Notes under the pieces: generated by a model
What the model was told of the DNA's origin: nothing
Databases searched by the model: none
Seen by the model: the letters and a program-made list of their open reading frames with translations, nothing else
Shown: one piece after another, positions 8,245 through 16,952 of the stretch
Position numbering within the stretch: the first letter of the stretch is position 1
How the letters are laid out: each line of letters opens with the position of its first letter
IMG/VR virus record: IMGVR_UViG_3300009788_000235
Location: 1-32,067 of that record
Origin: a virus
Taxonomy: Duplodnaviria > Caudoviricetes
Length of the DNA: 32,067 nucleotides
Direction: 5' to 3' (one strand)
Program-made: the position numbers and the translations under genes

Positions 8245-8901
8245 ATGATTGCACAAAGCATGGTATTAAGAAGGTTGTTTGGCGGCGCGGCCGACTATAA
8301 CCTCATTCTAGGTTTCATTCCTTCTTACGTCGAAGCGACGGTCATGGAAGGGACGAACCCCGTCACGTATCGCTGGTACGGCAAACAGATGCAGGAATCC
8401 CTGGTGGGTATAGCCGATAGCACGGAATTCGGCATTAAGAGAACCGGGGCCGACGGGGTCGAAACATACATGGACACCGTCGCCAAGGGTATCAGTGCCT
8501 ACGACGGTAGCAAAATCGTCCAAACGCGGATTGAGAACCCCGCGACCGGGATAAAGGAAGCGGTCACCATCGACCCGGACTTCGTCGCAGGCGCTGCGCA
8601 ACCCACGGCCCGAACGGCAAGTCTAGTCGGTTCGGTGACCAGACCGTCGGTGCACAACGACTACGTGTACGAATGCACGGCGAGCGCCGGTGTTTACGGC
8701 ACGGAGCCCGACTGGCCCATCGTACCGGGCGAAACGGTCTCCGACGGGACCAATACGTGGATATGCCGCGAACAGGACGTGGTTGCCGGCGAGGGTCTCG
8801 GTATCACTCTGGGCGGAACGCTGCTTACGAACGACGAGGAAGTCTTTATTGTGGCGATGCGCGACCAGTCCGAGGTACAGGACGTCGGCGATATAGGTTA
8901 A
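8245..8901 (+). CDS. Putative capsid decoration protein with an inserted carbohydrate-binding-like module
   Basis: Follows MCP; LGFIPSYVE N-terminal motif; YVYECTASAG...EPDWP...GETVSDGTNTWIC resembles ChtBD3/CBM5-12-like modules of phage virion proteins. Confidence 0.6.
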   Translation: MIAQSMVLRRLFGGAADYNLILGFIPSYVEATVMEGTNPVTYRWYGKQMQESLVGIADSTEFGIKRTGADGVETYMDTVAKGISAYDGSKIVQTRIENPATGIKEAVTIDPDFVAGAAQPTARTASLVGSVTRPSVHNDYVYECTASAGVYGTEPDWPIVPGETVSDGTNTWICREQDVVAGEGLGITLGGTLLTNDEEVFIVAMRDQSEVQDVGDIG

Positions 8902-8933
8902 TGACTAAGCACAGTAAGCAGTATTGAGGAACA

Positions 8934-9389
8934 ATGATGGTAAAGAGGAAGATAGATGGCGAACTTGCAAATCCTGCGAGCAGCGGAAACCTAGATATTT
9001 CCGAGCAGGACAAGCAAAACGAAGGGTCAGTCGCGACACTTGAGGAGCCGAAAGGGAAAACCAAGAAGGAATGGCAGGTCCCTCTCGACCCGAAGATACG
9101 GGTTCGGATTGTTAATCTGGACCTGGTCGGTAGTGAAGACGAGAACGTTCCATGGTCGTTCGCTTTCAGACGCCCTTCGGTGCAGTGCCCGGACGGCACA
9201 ACGGTTCGGTTTCAGACGATTTCGTATCCGTTGAGAGACGGAGGCGAGTACGAACTGGCCGAATCAGTCGTTGTCCACCTCGAGTCGATAGCCTATCCGG
9301 TAAAGAGGTACAAAGAGGGTCAGGACGAAGGCCAGAGTATGGTAGTACAGGAGAAGAAGCGCAGACGCTTTACTGTCAGCCGGCTTTAA
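8934..9389 (+). CDS. Hypothetical virion-module protein, 151 aa
   Basis: GAGGA RBS; YPLRDGGEYEL...VVVHLE...YP...RRF motif. Confidence 0.75.
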   Translation: MMVKRKIDGELANPASSGNLDISEQDKQNEGSVATLEEPKGKTKKEWQVPLDPKIRVRIVNLDLVGSEDENVPWSFAFRRPSVQCPDGTTVRFQTISYPLRDGGEYELAESVVVHLESIAYPVKRYKEGQDEGQSMVVQEKKRRRFTVSRL

Positions 9390-9446
9390 CTGCTAAGGTT
9401 TGAAGGGTTTGAAGGGTGCGAAGGGTGCGAAGGGGACAGTGTGAAG
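9387..9446 (+). repeat. 9-nt repeat cluster 4 (TAACTGCTAA GGTTTGAAG x2 GGTGCGAAG x2 ... AGTGTGAAG)
   Basis: Read directly; starts on the stop codon 9387-9389. Confidence 0.92.
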
Positions 9447-9490
9447 GGATTGGCTCTTCACTCGTATATAAGAAGAAAGGAGAAAGTACG

Positions 9491-9847
9491 ATGTTAACGA
9501 ATATTACACGTCAAATGTGCGGGCATCCGAAGAGTCTCGCAAACATCCTCCAGGAATTGGTGGGCCGTGTGTCAGACCTCGAAGCGGAGGTCAGGCCAGT
9601 AAAGGGCGCGGGCAAGATTCGCGATAAACGCCACGCCGAACGCGAGGCGAAGGCCGAGGGCAAACGCAAACTCGCTGAAGAAAAAGCAGCGAAAAAGGCT
9701 GAAGAAGAGCGAGCGCAAGCCAAAGCCGAGGCCGAAGAAGATGCACTGGCCGCCGCCGAGCAGGGTCGCTTGGATAAGATCAAACGCTCACAGGACAGGG
9801 CCGCCGCAAAGAACCCGCCGAAAGACGACGGGGAGGAAACGGTTTGA
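9491..9847 (+). CDS. Hypothetical Ala/Glu/Lys-rich coiled-coil protein, 118 aa (start ATG 9491)
   Basis: AAGGAG RBS; the upstream extension in the ORF track is translated repeat DNA. Confidence 0.75.
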   Translation: MLTNITRQMCGHPKSLANILQELVGRVSDLEAEVRPVKGAGKIRDKRHAEREAKAEGKRKLAEEKAAKKAEEERAQAKAEAEEDALAAAEQGRLDKIKRSQDRAAAKNPPKDDGEETV

Positions 9848-9893
9848 AGAGTGCGAAGGGTGTGAAAGGGGAAAAGGGTATGAAAGTGTGAAT
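9841..9893 (+). repeat. 9-nt repeat cluster 5 (GGTTTGAAG AGTGCGAAG GGTGTGAAA GGGGAAAAG GGTATGAAA GTGTGAAT)
   Basis: The first unit supplies the TGA stop (9845-9847). Confidence 0.9.
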
Positions 9894-9924
9894 AGACTCT
9901 AACTGATAGAAAGAGAGGTTTGTA

Positions 9925-11517
9925 ATGAAGCGTATAACGATTATTCTACTGGCGGTCTTAATGGCCGCACCGGCGTTCGGGGTGATCCCGATAACCAGGC
10001 GAAATGTATCGACTTCCCGACTACTCGATACCCTGCTACGGGACAGGATAGGGACTCTGGACAGCCAGGTATCCGTCCTGCAGACGGGGGCGACTTCCAG
10101 TTCCGGGGTGACGTATTACGTCGATAGCGCCAACGGCGCCGATACATTCACCGGTAAGACCTGGACAACGGCAAAGGCGACGGTCGAGGGTGCGATGGAT
10201 ATATCCGCCCTGACCAATAAAGACACGATCCTTGTCAGAGAAGGCTACTCGGAGACGCAGTCAGTGACAGGGGCGGTTCTGACGGCCGACGTTGCCGGCG
10301 TAACCATTAAAGGGCTCGGCGCAGGAAGGTTGCAGCCGAAGTTCATATTGTCGCATACAGGGGCGACGGTAGACGTAACCGCCGACAATGTGACGTTCGA
10401 CAATTTCCAGATCGACGCGACCGGTGTTGACTCGGTGAATACCCCAATCAATCTGAGCGGTGTGGGTGTGCGGTTCGTCAACTGTTACTTGAGGCTCGCC
10501 GATACGGTGGGCCAGGCGGACTTGGGCATATCGGTCGGGCTTGCCGACGGCGATTCGAACGACTTGATAATCGACAACTGCATATTCCACGCTCCGAACG
10601 GAGGGTTGGGGACGGCGCTTACTCTGGACTTCGACCACGAAAACGTGATTGTCAGCAACTCGATATTTAACGTCGACGCCAGTACGGCTGTCATAGATAT
10701 CCCGACGGCCGGCAACGCTCAGGTGAATTTCACCGTCGACAACTGTATAATCAATAGCCTGAATGCCGACGAGTTTGCGATCCAGGCGAATGGGACGGGT
10801 AACACAGGGACAATCAAGTCATGTATTCTGATCTCCGACGCCGAGGCGACTATCCTGGACGCGGGCGGCTTGCAGGTCAGTGAAGATACGCGGCTGGTAG
10901 TTACAGGCAACGGCGAGCCGGGCGTACTGCCGGCGGATATGGGTCTGGTGGACTTGCTCGGCGATTTCACCGGCCCGGACGACGGTGCCGCCCAGGACGA
11001 TAACGTTAAGGCGTCGCTGGACCTGGCCCATACCGATCTTGACGCTATATTAGCCCAAGCGGCTTCGTTCAGCAGCCCAAATTACCTGGCGGTCTCGACA
11101 GGGGTATTCGATACGACGGGCACGTGGAGCACCGTTGCTTCTCATGAGATCGCAACGGTCACCGGGCTTGTCAGGATGATAATCATCCCCGAATGCACGG
11201 TAAGCGTGGACTCGGTCAGTAATACTGGCACTATAGAGCTCGGCGACGAAGTCGGGTCGACCAGTATAATCGCCGCCTCCACTCTCGGCGCCGGAGTAAT
11301 GGTCGCGGGTGAACTCTGGACGGATGCAACGTTGACAAGAACCATCCTCACACAGACACAGATTGACGCCACTACGATAGTTGTGGGTCAGGGCCAGGAT
11401 ATAGGATATGAAGTGAAGACCAACGCACTGTCGGCAGGGACGATTGTCTTCCACATATTCTGGACACCACTCGACTCCACCGGCGCAGTAGCCGCCGGGG
11501 CGGGCGGGACGCTGTAA
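9925..11517 (+). CDS. Signal-peptide-bearing right-handed beta-helix (pectin-lyase-like) spike protein, 530 aa
   Basis: MKRITIILLAVLMAAPAFG signal; YYVDSANGAD..GKTWTTAKATVEGA..DTILVREG cap motif; repeated IIDNCIF/VSNSIF/VDNCII rungs. Confidence 0.8.
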   Translation: MKRITIILLAVLMAAPAFGVIPITRRNVSTSRLLDTLLRDRIGTLDSQVSVLQTGATSSSGVTYYVDSANGADTFTGKTWTTAKATVEGAMDISALTNKDTILVREGYSETQSVTGAVLTADVAGVTIKGLGAGRLQPKFILSHTGATVDVTADNVTFDNFQIDATGVDSVNTPINLSGVGVRFVNCYLRLADTVGQADLGISVGLADGDSNDLIIDNCIFHAPNGGLGTALTLDFDHENVIVSNSIFNVDASTAVIDIPTAGNAQVNFTVDNCIINSLNADEFAIQANGTGNTGTIKSCILISDAEATILDAGGLQVSEDTRLVVTGNGEPGVLPADMGLVDLLGDFTGPDDGAAQDDNVKASLDLAHTDLDAILAQAASFSSPNYLAVSTGVFDTTGTWSTVASHEIATVTGLVRMIIIPECTVSVDSVSNTGTIELGDEVGSTSIIAASTLGAGVMVAGELWTDATLTRTILTQTQIDATTIVVGQGQDIGYEVKTNALSAGTIVFHIFWTPLDSTGAVAAGAGGTL

Positions 11518-11534
11518 ACGATATCAGTGTGCAG

Positions 11535-11568
11535 GCCGGGCGGCTTGCTGGATTGCCGCCCGGCATTT
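11535..11568 (+). terminator. GC-rich hairpin, probable terminator or mRNA stabiliser between head and tail genes
   Basis: Perfect 10-bp stem GCCGGGCGGC/GCCGCCCGGC, 10-nt loop, short ATTT tail. Confidence 0.6.
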
Positions 11569-11572
11569 GACA

Positions 11573-11593
11573 AACGAAATACGAGATACGAGC
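11573..11593 (+). repeat. 7-nt repeat tract (AACGAAA TACGAGA TACGAGC)
   Basis: Read directly; abuts ATG 11594. Confidence 0.55.
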
Positions 11594-12700
11594 ATGGACT
11601 GGACACTGGCAGAGATCAGAAGTAACGGGTTCAACGGGGTGCGCGAGTTGACGGGCAAGAAGTCAACTTCCAACCCCACCGACCCTGCACTCACAATCGC
11701 AATCAACGATTTCTACCTGAACAGGTTCCCGCACGAAGTCAAACCGGAAGAACTCAAGAGCACCTTTTCCCAGGCGACGTCGGGGACTGACACGGGCCAG
11801 TATCCGGTATCTTCAGACGTTGCTATCCTCGAAGAGCCGGCGACTATTAACGGCGTGCCGCTGGGCGGATCTTTTAGTTCGCCGTTCTGGTTCGGTCATG
11901 CCGGCTTTGGCGGTAGTGGCAGTGGTTTCTTTTACCAGGATCGGAGTTCGTTCTTTGCGAGGTATCCCGACGAAAAGACGACGGGCGTGGCATTTACACT
12001 AACGGCCCCAACGCTATCAATCGGGATATCGAATACCGCAGCGGTGACGAATGCTGCCTTTTCGTACAGAATCAAGCCTCACTCGTATTCGAAAGTAACG
12101 GCAGAAACGGCATTGTCGGGCGATACCGTCCCCCAGAGCAAATACGGGGCCTGGCGGCTGCAAATCGAATCGGACGGCACGATTGCCATACAACCGGCCG
12201 ATAACAACGCCACCGGCTACGATACAGCGGCCCAGGCTGTTCAGGACATACCCGCTGAGAGCACTGAGGCCGCCGCCATGGGCTTTGTGACCGCAATCAA
12301 TACTGGCGGAACGTTCATACCGGGGACCACCGCACTGAGCACGGGAGGAACGGTAACGGTCACGTACACCGACGGATTCAATAGTAACAGAGGCCGGCCG
12401 GAAGCCCTCCTGCTCGACGGGCAGATCCTGTACGCCAGACCGATCCCCAACGACGTTTTCATAATTGAAATGCAACAATTCGCAAAGCCGACGGCCTTGG
12501 TAGCCGAGAGCGACAAGGTCACGCTTCCTGAATGGGGACCGGTGGTCGCTTTTGGAACGGCCCTGGAGATCCTGATCGGCAGTAGCGACGACGCTAGAAT
12601 GGCCGAACTAACGCAGGGGTACCAATATTATCTGAACCTAGTGACCAGGAAAGTCGCAATGCAGCTTTCCACGAACCAAACTACGATACCAAGATGGTAA
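11594..12700 (+). CDS. Head-tail adaptor (tail tubular A-like) protein with an internal inserted domain
   Basis: N-terminal TLAEIR..VRELTG..TD..L..AINDFY..FP and C-terminal GRPEALL..LYARPIPN..KPTAL..PEW..VAFGTA patterns of podophage adaptors; synteny. Confidence 0.7.
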   Translation: MDWTLAEIRSNGFNGVRELTGKKSTSNPTDPALTIAINDFYLNRFPHEVKPEELKSTFSQATSGTDTGQYPVSSDVAILEEPATINGVPLGGSFSSPFWFGHAGFGGSGSGFFYQDRSSFFARYPDEKTTGVAFTLTAPTLSIGISNTAAVTNAAFSYRIKPHSYSKVTAETALSGDTVPQSKYGAWRLQIESDGTIAIQPADNNATGYDTAAQAVQDIPAESTEAAAMGFVTAINTGGTFIPGTTALSTGGTVTVTYTDGFNSNRGRPEALLLDGQILYARPIPNDVFIIEMQQFAKPTALVAESDKVTLPEWGPVVAFGTALEILIGSSDDARMAELTQGYQYYLNLVTRKVAMQLSTNQTTIPRW

Positions 12701-12710
12701 GGAGCGAACT

Positions 12711-13040
12711 ATGAGAACAATGTTACTGGCGATGATCGTGATCGGTCTGGCGGGGTGCAAGACGATTGAGCGATATGAAAACAAAGTGAATCTGCCGAAG
12801 AACGTTTACACCCAGCCGATAGACCCGAACGACCAAGCATATAGCGGGCTTGTCCGAATGACGCCGGCGAGGGAAAAGGCTTTCGGGCCGAGCGAGCGGA
12901 ACCTTGTTCTATCAAATTTGATTGATGTTGTGCGAAGGGTGGGACTTCTTGAAAAAGGCGTTCTGAAAAATATAGAGGACATTAAAGCAAACCAAAAAGA
13001 CATCAAAAAGGTAAAGGACCATGAAGACGATAAGAATTGA
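12711..13040 (+). CDS. Lipoprotein, 109 aa
   Basis: MRTMLLAMIVIGLAG-C with lipobox LAGC; AAGGAG RBS; C-terminal coiled coil. Confidence 0.8.
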   Translation: MRTMLLAMIVIGLAGCKTIERYENKVNLPKNVYTQPIDPNDQAYSGLVRMTPAREKAFGPSERNLVLSNLIDVVRRVGLLEKGVLKNIEDIKANQKDIKKVKDHEDDKN

Positions 13041-13479
13041 GTCGAGAGCAGGGGCATTGTTGTGTCTATTGGTGGTTCTACTCGTACTCGCAGGGGGAAT
13101 GGCGAGTCGGGACTTCCGAACGCGAGGCGAGTCGGTCGGTAAGATCAGCCTCACCGAACAGTCCTGGGCATCGGCCGAGAGCGGCGCTCTGACCGGAACG
13201 ATAACACTGGTGGGTAGGTGCGAGCAGGTGGAAGTCGACGTGGCGGAAAATACCACGAACGGTATCACCTTCACAGTGGCGCTCACAACGGCGGACGGCG
13301 CCGCTCTGTTCTCGCAGGCGGCGATAGCCGATAACGGGTCGACGTTATTCAAGGCGACGAGCGACGCGACGGACTTCGATGCGTTCCTTGCCGCCGAGAT
13401 TGTCACATTCACAATTACACCATCCGGCGCGCCGGGGGCAACGGGGGCGACTGTGAACGTCGGGGTTTACCTGGAATAG
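13021..13479 (+). CDS. Signal/anchor-bearing beta-sandwich protein, 152 aa
   Basis: AAGGA RBS; hydrophobic ALLCLLVVLLVLAGGMA followed by a Thr/Gly-rich beta domain. Confidence 0.75.
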   Translation: MKTIRIESRAGALLCLLVVLLVLAGGMASRDFRTRGESVGKISLTEQSWASAESGALTGTITLVGRCEQVEVDVAENTTNGITFTVALTTADGAALFSQAAIADNGSTLFKATSDATDFDAFLAAEIVTFTITPSGAPGATGATVNVGVYLE

Positions 13480-13490
13480 AGGTTTGCGAC

Positions 13491-14189
13491 ATGGCTTATG
13501 ACAAAAACAGACCGGCGACGAGCGAACCGGTTAAGACCGGGTGGCCCGTCCTGATCACGAATCAGCAGGCTATCGAGGCGGCGATCGTACAGGACCACGA
13601 CTTTACGACCGGCGGCAGCCAGACGGGTAAGCATAACCGGGCGACGCTGCTCGACGTTGCCGGCGATGAGGCGGGGGTTGCCGGCGCATTGACAATCTGG
13701 AACGATGCCGGGACGTTCAAATATCGGAACACTACAGGAACGGTGCGAAAGATCAGCGCCGACGGCGATGTAATACCGGCGGCAACCAAGATGTGGTTCT
13801 ACGCTGACAGCGCACCGACGGGATGGACGATCGACGGCACGCCGTCAGACGAGCTCTTGGGAATCAAAGGCGGCGCCACGTACACCACAGGCGGCGTCCA
13901 GGCGGGAACGTGGACCCAGCCGAACCACGCGCACACAACGCCCGATCACTCGCTGACGGCAGCTGAAAACGGCGCCCATACGCACACTTTCCAAGTGGCC
14001 AGAGATAATACCGGCTCGGGGCCCAATCGTGCAAGCGCCTCTAATAACGCTTACGAGAGTAGCGATACGACTGAATCCAGCGGTAGCGGCGACGCGCATA
14101 ATCACGGTAATACGGGCAACTCGGCAACTGCTAATACATGGCGGCCGCTGGCCAGGGTGGGGATAATCTGCTCGAAGGATGCGTATTAA
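13491..14189 (+). CDS. Short tail fibre / tail-collar-domain protein, 232 aa
   Basis: IPAATKMWFYADSAPTGW collar-like motif; HAHT/HTHT/HNH metal-binding fibre motifs; HSLTAAENGAH; WRP..IICSKD end. Confidence 0.8.
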   Translation: MAYDKNRPATSEPVKTGWPVLITNQQAIEAAIVQDHDFTTGGSQTGKHNRATLLDVAGDEAGVAGALTIWNDAGTFKYRNTTGTVRKISADGDVIPAATKMWFYADSAPTGWTIDGTPSDELLGIKGGATYTTGGVQAGTWTQPNHAHTTPDHSLTAAENGAHTHTFQVARDNTGSGPNRASASNNAYESSDTTESSGSGDAHNHGNTGNSATANTWRPLARVGIICSKDAY

Positions 14190-14192
14190 CGG

Positions 14193-14234
14193 CAGGACAC
14201 AGAACACAGAACACAGGATACAGGATGCAGGATA
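14193..14234 (+). repeat. 7-nt repeat tract, 6 units (CAGGACA CAGAACA CAGAACA CAGGATA CAGGATG CAGGATA)
   Basis: Read directly; unit 5 supplies the ATG at 14225. Confidence 0.9.
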
Positions 14235-14512
14235 CATGCGATTTCCCGAGTTGTGCGGTAGCGAAAAGGCTGCGGTTCAAGAGCGCGGGGCAGTGTTTCA
14301 ATAATGTGCAGAACGTTTGGTTGGATTCCAAGACCGGGCAAAAGAAAGAAATCAGCGACTGCGCTCCGAAGCGAACAATGATGATGGTAATGGACTTATC
14401 GAACCGACTAACGGGTGTGCAGCAGAGTCAGGAGCAGCAGAGAAACGTCTTGAAGCCGCTGGAAGAACTCGCCCGGATCACAATGGAAGAACACAAACTC
14501 TTACGATCGTAA
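14225..14512 (+). CDS. Small Cys-containing protein, probable fibre-associated chaperone, 95 aa
   Basis: Follows the fibre gene; C..C..C...W...TG...DCA...QQSQEQQRN; TAATG overlap with the next gene. Confidence 0.65.
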   Translation: MQDTCDFPSCAVAKRLRFKSAGQCFNNVQNVWLDSKTGQKKEISDCAPKRTMMMVMDLSNRLTGVQQSQEQQRNVLKPLEELARITMEEHKLLRS

Positions 14513-16611
14513 TGGCATACAAACCATTTCCAATCTACGATATGAAGGGCGGTAAGGTCACGGCAAGGGAGCCATGGTTGATACCGCGAGACGCCTTTAA
14601 GACCATCCGAGGCGGGTATCTTAAACGCGGCGTTCTGGAAAAGCGACGTGGCACAACAATATTCGGTCAGATCGTCAGTGTGAACACAGCGACGAAAGTC
14701 CCGACACTCAGTACGAACCCGGTAATGGGTATTGTCAATTACTTCAACGGCGACACCGAGACATTACTGACAATGGACAAGAACCGGGTGAATAAGTTCG
14801 AATCGAACATTGTCACGGGAGTGGAAATCACAGCCTTTGCCGACGGCGGCGGCGGGCAGGTGGTTGTCACGGCGGCGGCTCACGGGCTGAGTGACGACGA
14901 TATCGTCACGATCACGGGCGACAACGACAATAACGGCACATTCAACGTTCAGAACAAGAACGCCGGCGACTTCGAGATAACCGATACATTCGTCGCCACA
15001 GGAACCGGGCTGGTATCTCAGGAGCAGTTCGTCGACTTGACCAGGTTTAGCGTCAGGTACAAAGGTAAGGCCGGCCAGAACTACAATCCACTCGTAAATG
15101 AAGTGGTTAAAGGGGCGACGTCAGGCGCGACCGGAACGGTGAAGTCGAATATTGTGGATTCAGGCAGCGTTGGAGACGAAGACGCGGCGGGAACGATCGT
15201 ATTTGCCAACGGATCGATCACGGGAACATTCCAGGCGAACGAAGAACTGCAGGAAAACGGAACGCCCGCCAATATCGCGGGCCAGTCGGATACGACCAAC
15301 GCAGCCTCGGACGACGAGTTCACAGGAGATAATACGGAATTCGTCCAAATAGCAAACTGGAACGACGTCGGGTATCTGACAAACGACAACGATGTTATCC
15401 GCAAGTACAACGGAACCGACCTATCCAGGTTCCATATAGATCTCGACGTCGAAGGCGGTCCGGACAACGACGTGGCCAGGTGCGGGCTGATATTTGTTGT
15501 CAGGAGCCGACTGGTAATATTCGATACGACCGAACGAGGGACCAGGCGCAGGCAACGTGGCCGGTTCTCGAATATAGAAGCGCCCGGTATATGGAGTGAC
15601 GACGACTTTCAAGACTGCCCCACGGAGGCGACTATCACAGGTGGATCGTGGCTGGGCAATGAACTGTATATATTCTTCGCAAACGGATCCGAGGGTGGGG
15701 AAGTGTGGCGATGGACGTATCAACACGATCCGGATCTGCCGTTCGCCTGGGACCGGGTCGATAAGATCGAAGGCGGCTACGCGCGAGGGGCGCTGGTGGA
15801 GACCAAGGTGCGCGGCGGAGTCGACCAGATAATAACAGTCGCCCAGGAAAACTTGATCGGTATGGACGGAACGCGGGCCTCTACGATCGATAACAAGATC
15901 CCCGACTTTGTTCTGTCATGGCTGCAAATGTCGATAGCTTACAGTCAGGGATTTCTATTGAAAGCCGAGAGGCAAGTCCTCATATCTTACGCATCCGAAG
16001 AGGCCGCCGCGCACGCCGACGGCAATACATATCCGGACAGCATTCTATATTTGAACTACGACGACCTGAACTATGCGACGGCGGTCCTGGACGTCCACGT
16101 TTTCGGCAAGTCGAGACTGGAGTCTTCGTTGACATTTGCCGATATTGCAGAGGCGTTCGAAGATGTCGACTTTGCTCCGGACGATGTGGGGCTCCAGGCG
16201 GGGGCCCCGACGAACCTGTACGGCAACCACGCCGGTAAGATATTCAAATTGAACAATTCCCTGGCGGACGACGGGGCCGCCATACTATTCGACGTGGTCT
16301 CGGCGGATCTTAACCCGTTCGTTCTGCAAGGATTCGAGGCCCGCCTGGGGTTCATCGATTTTCTTTGCTCCGTGGATGAGGCGGCGTCATTCGAGGTGCA
16401 GTCATTCCTGGATAACGACTCGGTGAGATTTCAGACCGATACGGTAACGTGTGAGGCCGTGGGACCGTCGAAAGAACTCAGTTGGCACAGGGTGGACGTC
16501 AACGCGGTCGGTTTCGCGCATAGAATACAACTGGGCAACAACGCCACGGGCAACCGGCCGAGGATACACGCCGTAGTGCCGTGGTTCGAACAGGCGGGGA
16601 GAATTATTTAA
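14512..16611 (+). CDS. Tail nozzle / DNA-stabilisation protein (tubular B / P22 gp10-like), 699 aa (start ATG 14512)
   Basis: Size, synteny, beta-propeller-like sequence, GVLEKRRGT near the N-terminus, RGRFS..W motif; inserted AHGLSDDDIVTITG and GATSGATGTV modules; TAATG overlaps at both ends. Confidence 0.75.
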   Translation: MAYKPFPIYDMKGGKVTAREPWLIPRDAFKTIRGGYLKRGVLEKRRGTTIFGQIVSVNTATKVPTLSTNPVMGIVNYFNGDTETLLTMDKNRVNKFESNIVTGVEITAFADGGGGQVVVTAAAHGLSDDDIVTITGDNDNNGTFNVQNKNAGDFEITDTFVATGTGLVSQEQFVDLTRFSVRYKGKAGQNYNPLVNEVVKGATSGATGTVKSNIVDSGSVGDEDAAGTIVFANGSITGTFQANEELQENGTPANIAGQSDTTNAASDDEFTGDNTEFVQIANWNDVGYLTNDNDVIRKYNGTDLSRFHIDLDVEGGPDNDVARCGLIFVVRSRLVIFDTTERGTRRRQRGRFSNIEAPGIWSDDDFQDCPTEATITGGSWLGNELYIFFANGSEGGEVWRWTYQHDPDLPFAWDRVDKIEGGYARGALVETKVRGGVDQIITVAQENLIGMDGTRASTIDNKIPDFVLSWLQMSIAYSQGFLLKAERQVLISYASEEAAAHADGNTYPDSILYLNYDDLNYATAVLDVHVFGKSRLESSLTFADIAEAFEDVDFAPDDVGLQAGAPTNLYGNHAGKIFKLNNSLADDGAAILFDVVSADLNPFVLQGFEARLGFIDFLCSVDEAASFEVQSFLDNDSVRFQTDTVTCEAVGPSKELSWHRVDVNAVGFAHRIQLGNNATGNRPRIHAVVPWFEQAGRII

Positions 16612-16952
16612 TGGAAAATCTCCCTACATTCAAATTTCGGGACCGAAGCCCGGGCGAGGACCTCGGCGAATATGTGGACGCACTCAAAAGTTATACGGAT
16701 GAATCCCTGAACCAGGTGCGACTGAGGACCAACTGGCTCTTGGAGCGTGTGCATGTAGTCACTGAAACAAACGGGGTGAGCGATCGCAACGGAACACGGT
16801 TCACGGTCTTCGAGCTGGTTCCGCCGAAGAAAACGAAGAACACGGACGGTAATTTCAGGTTGAGAATGGTTCCGCACGGCTCGAGCTTCGATTTACAAAT
16901 AGAGGTGAGGGTGGACGGGGTATGGCTGGACGTTAAGAAATATCATGGTTAA
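16611..16952 (+). CDS. Small tail protein, 113 aa (start ATG 16611)
   Basis: TAATG coupling; N-terminal helix and C-terminal DGNFRL..LQIEVRVDGVW motif. Confidence 0.7.
   Translation: MENLPTFKFRDRSPGEDLGEYVDALKSYTDESLNQVRLRTNWLLERVHVVTETNGVSDRNGTRFTVFELVPPKKTKNTDGNFRLRMVPHGSSFDLQIEVRVDGVWLDVKKYHG

Noticed and set aside
9387-9446. 9-mer and 7-mer arrays as CRISPR or mini-CRISPR
   Set aside because: Units are 7-9 nt, directly tandem and without unique spacers; no cas genes
14317-14511. ORF-track N-terminal extensions (also 6320, 9416, 11567, 14138, 16581, 22283, 22534)
   Set aside because: Downstream ATGs have an RBS or stop/start overlap; the extensions overlap other genes or translate repeat DNA
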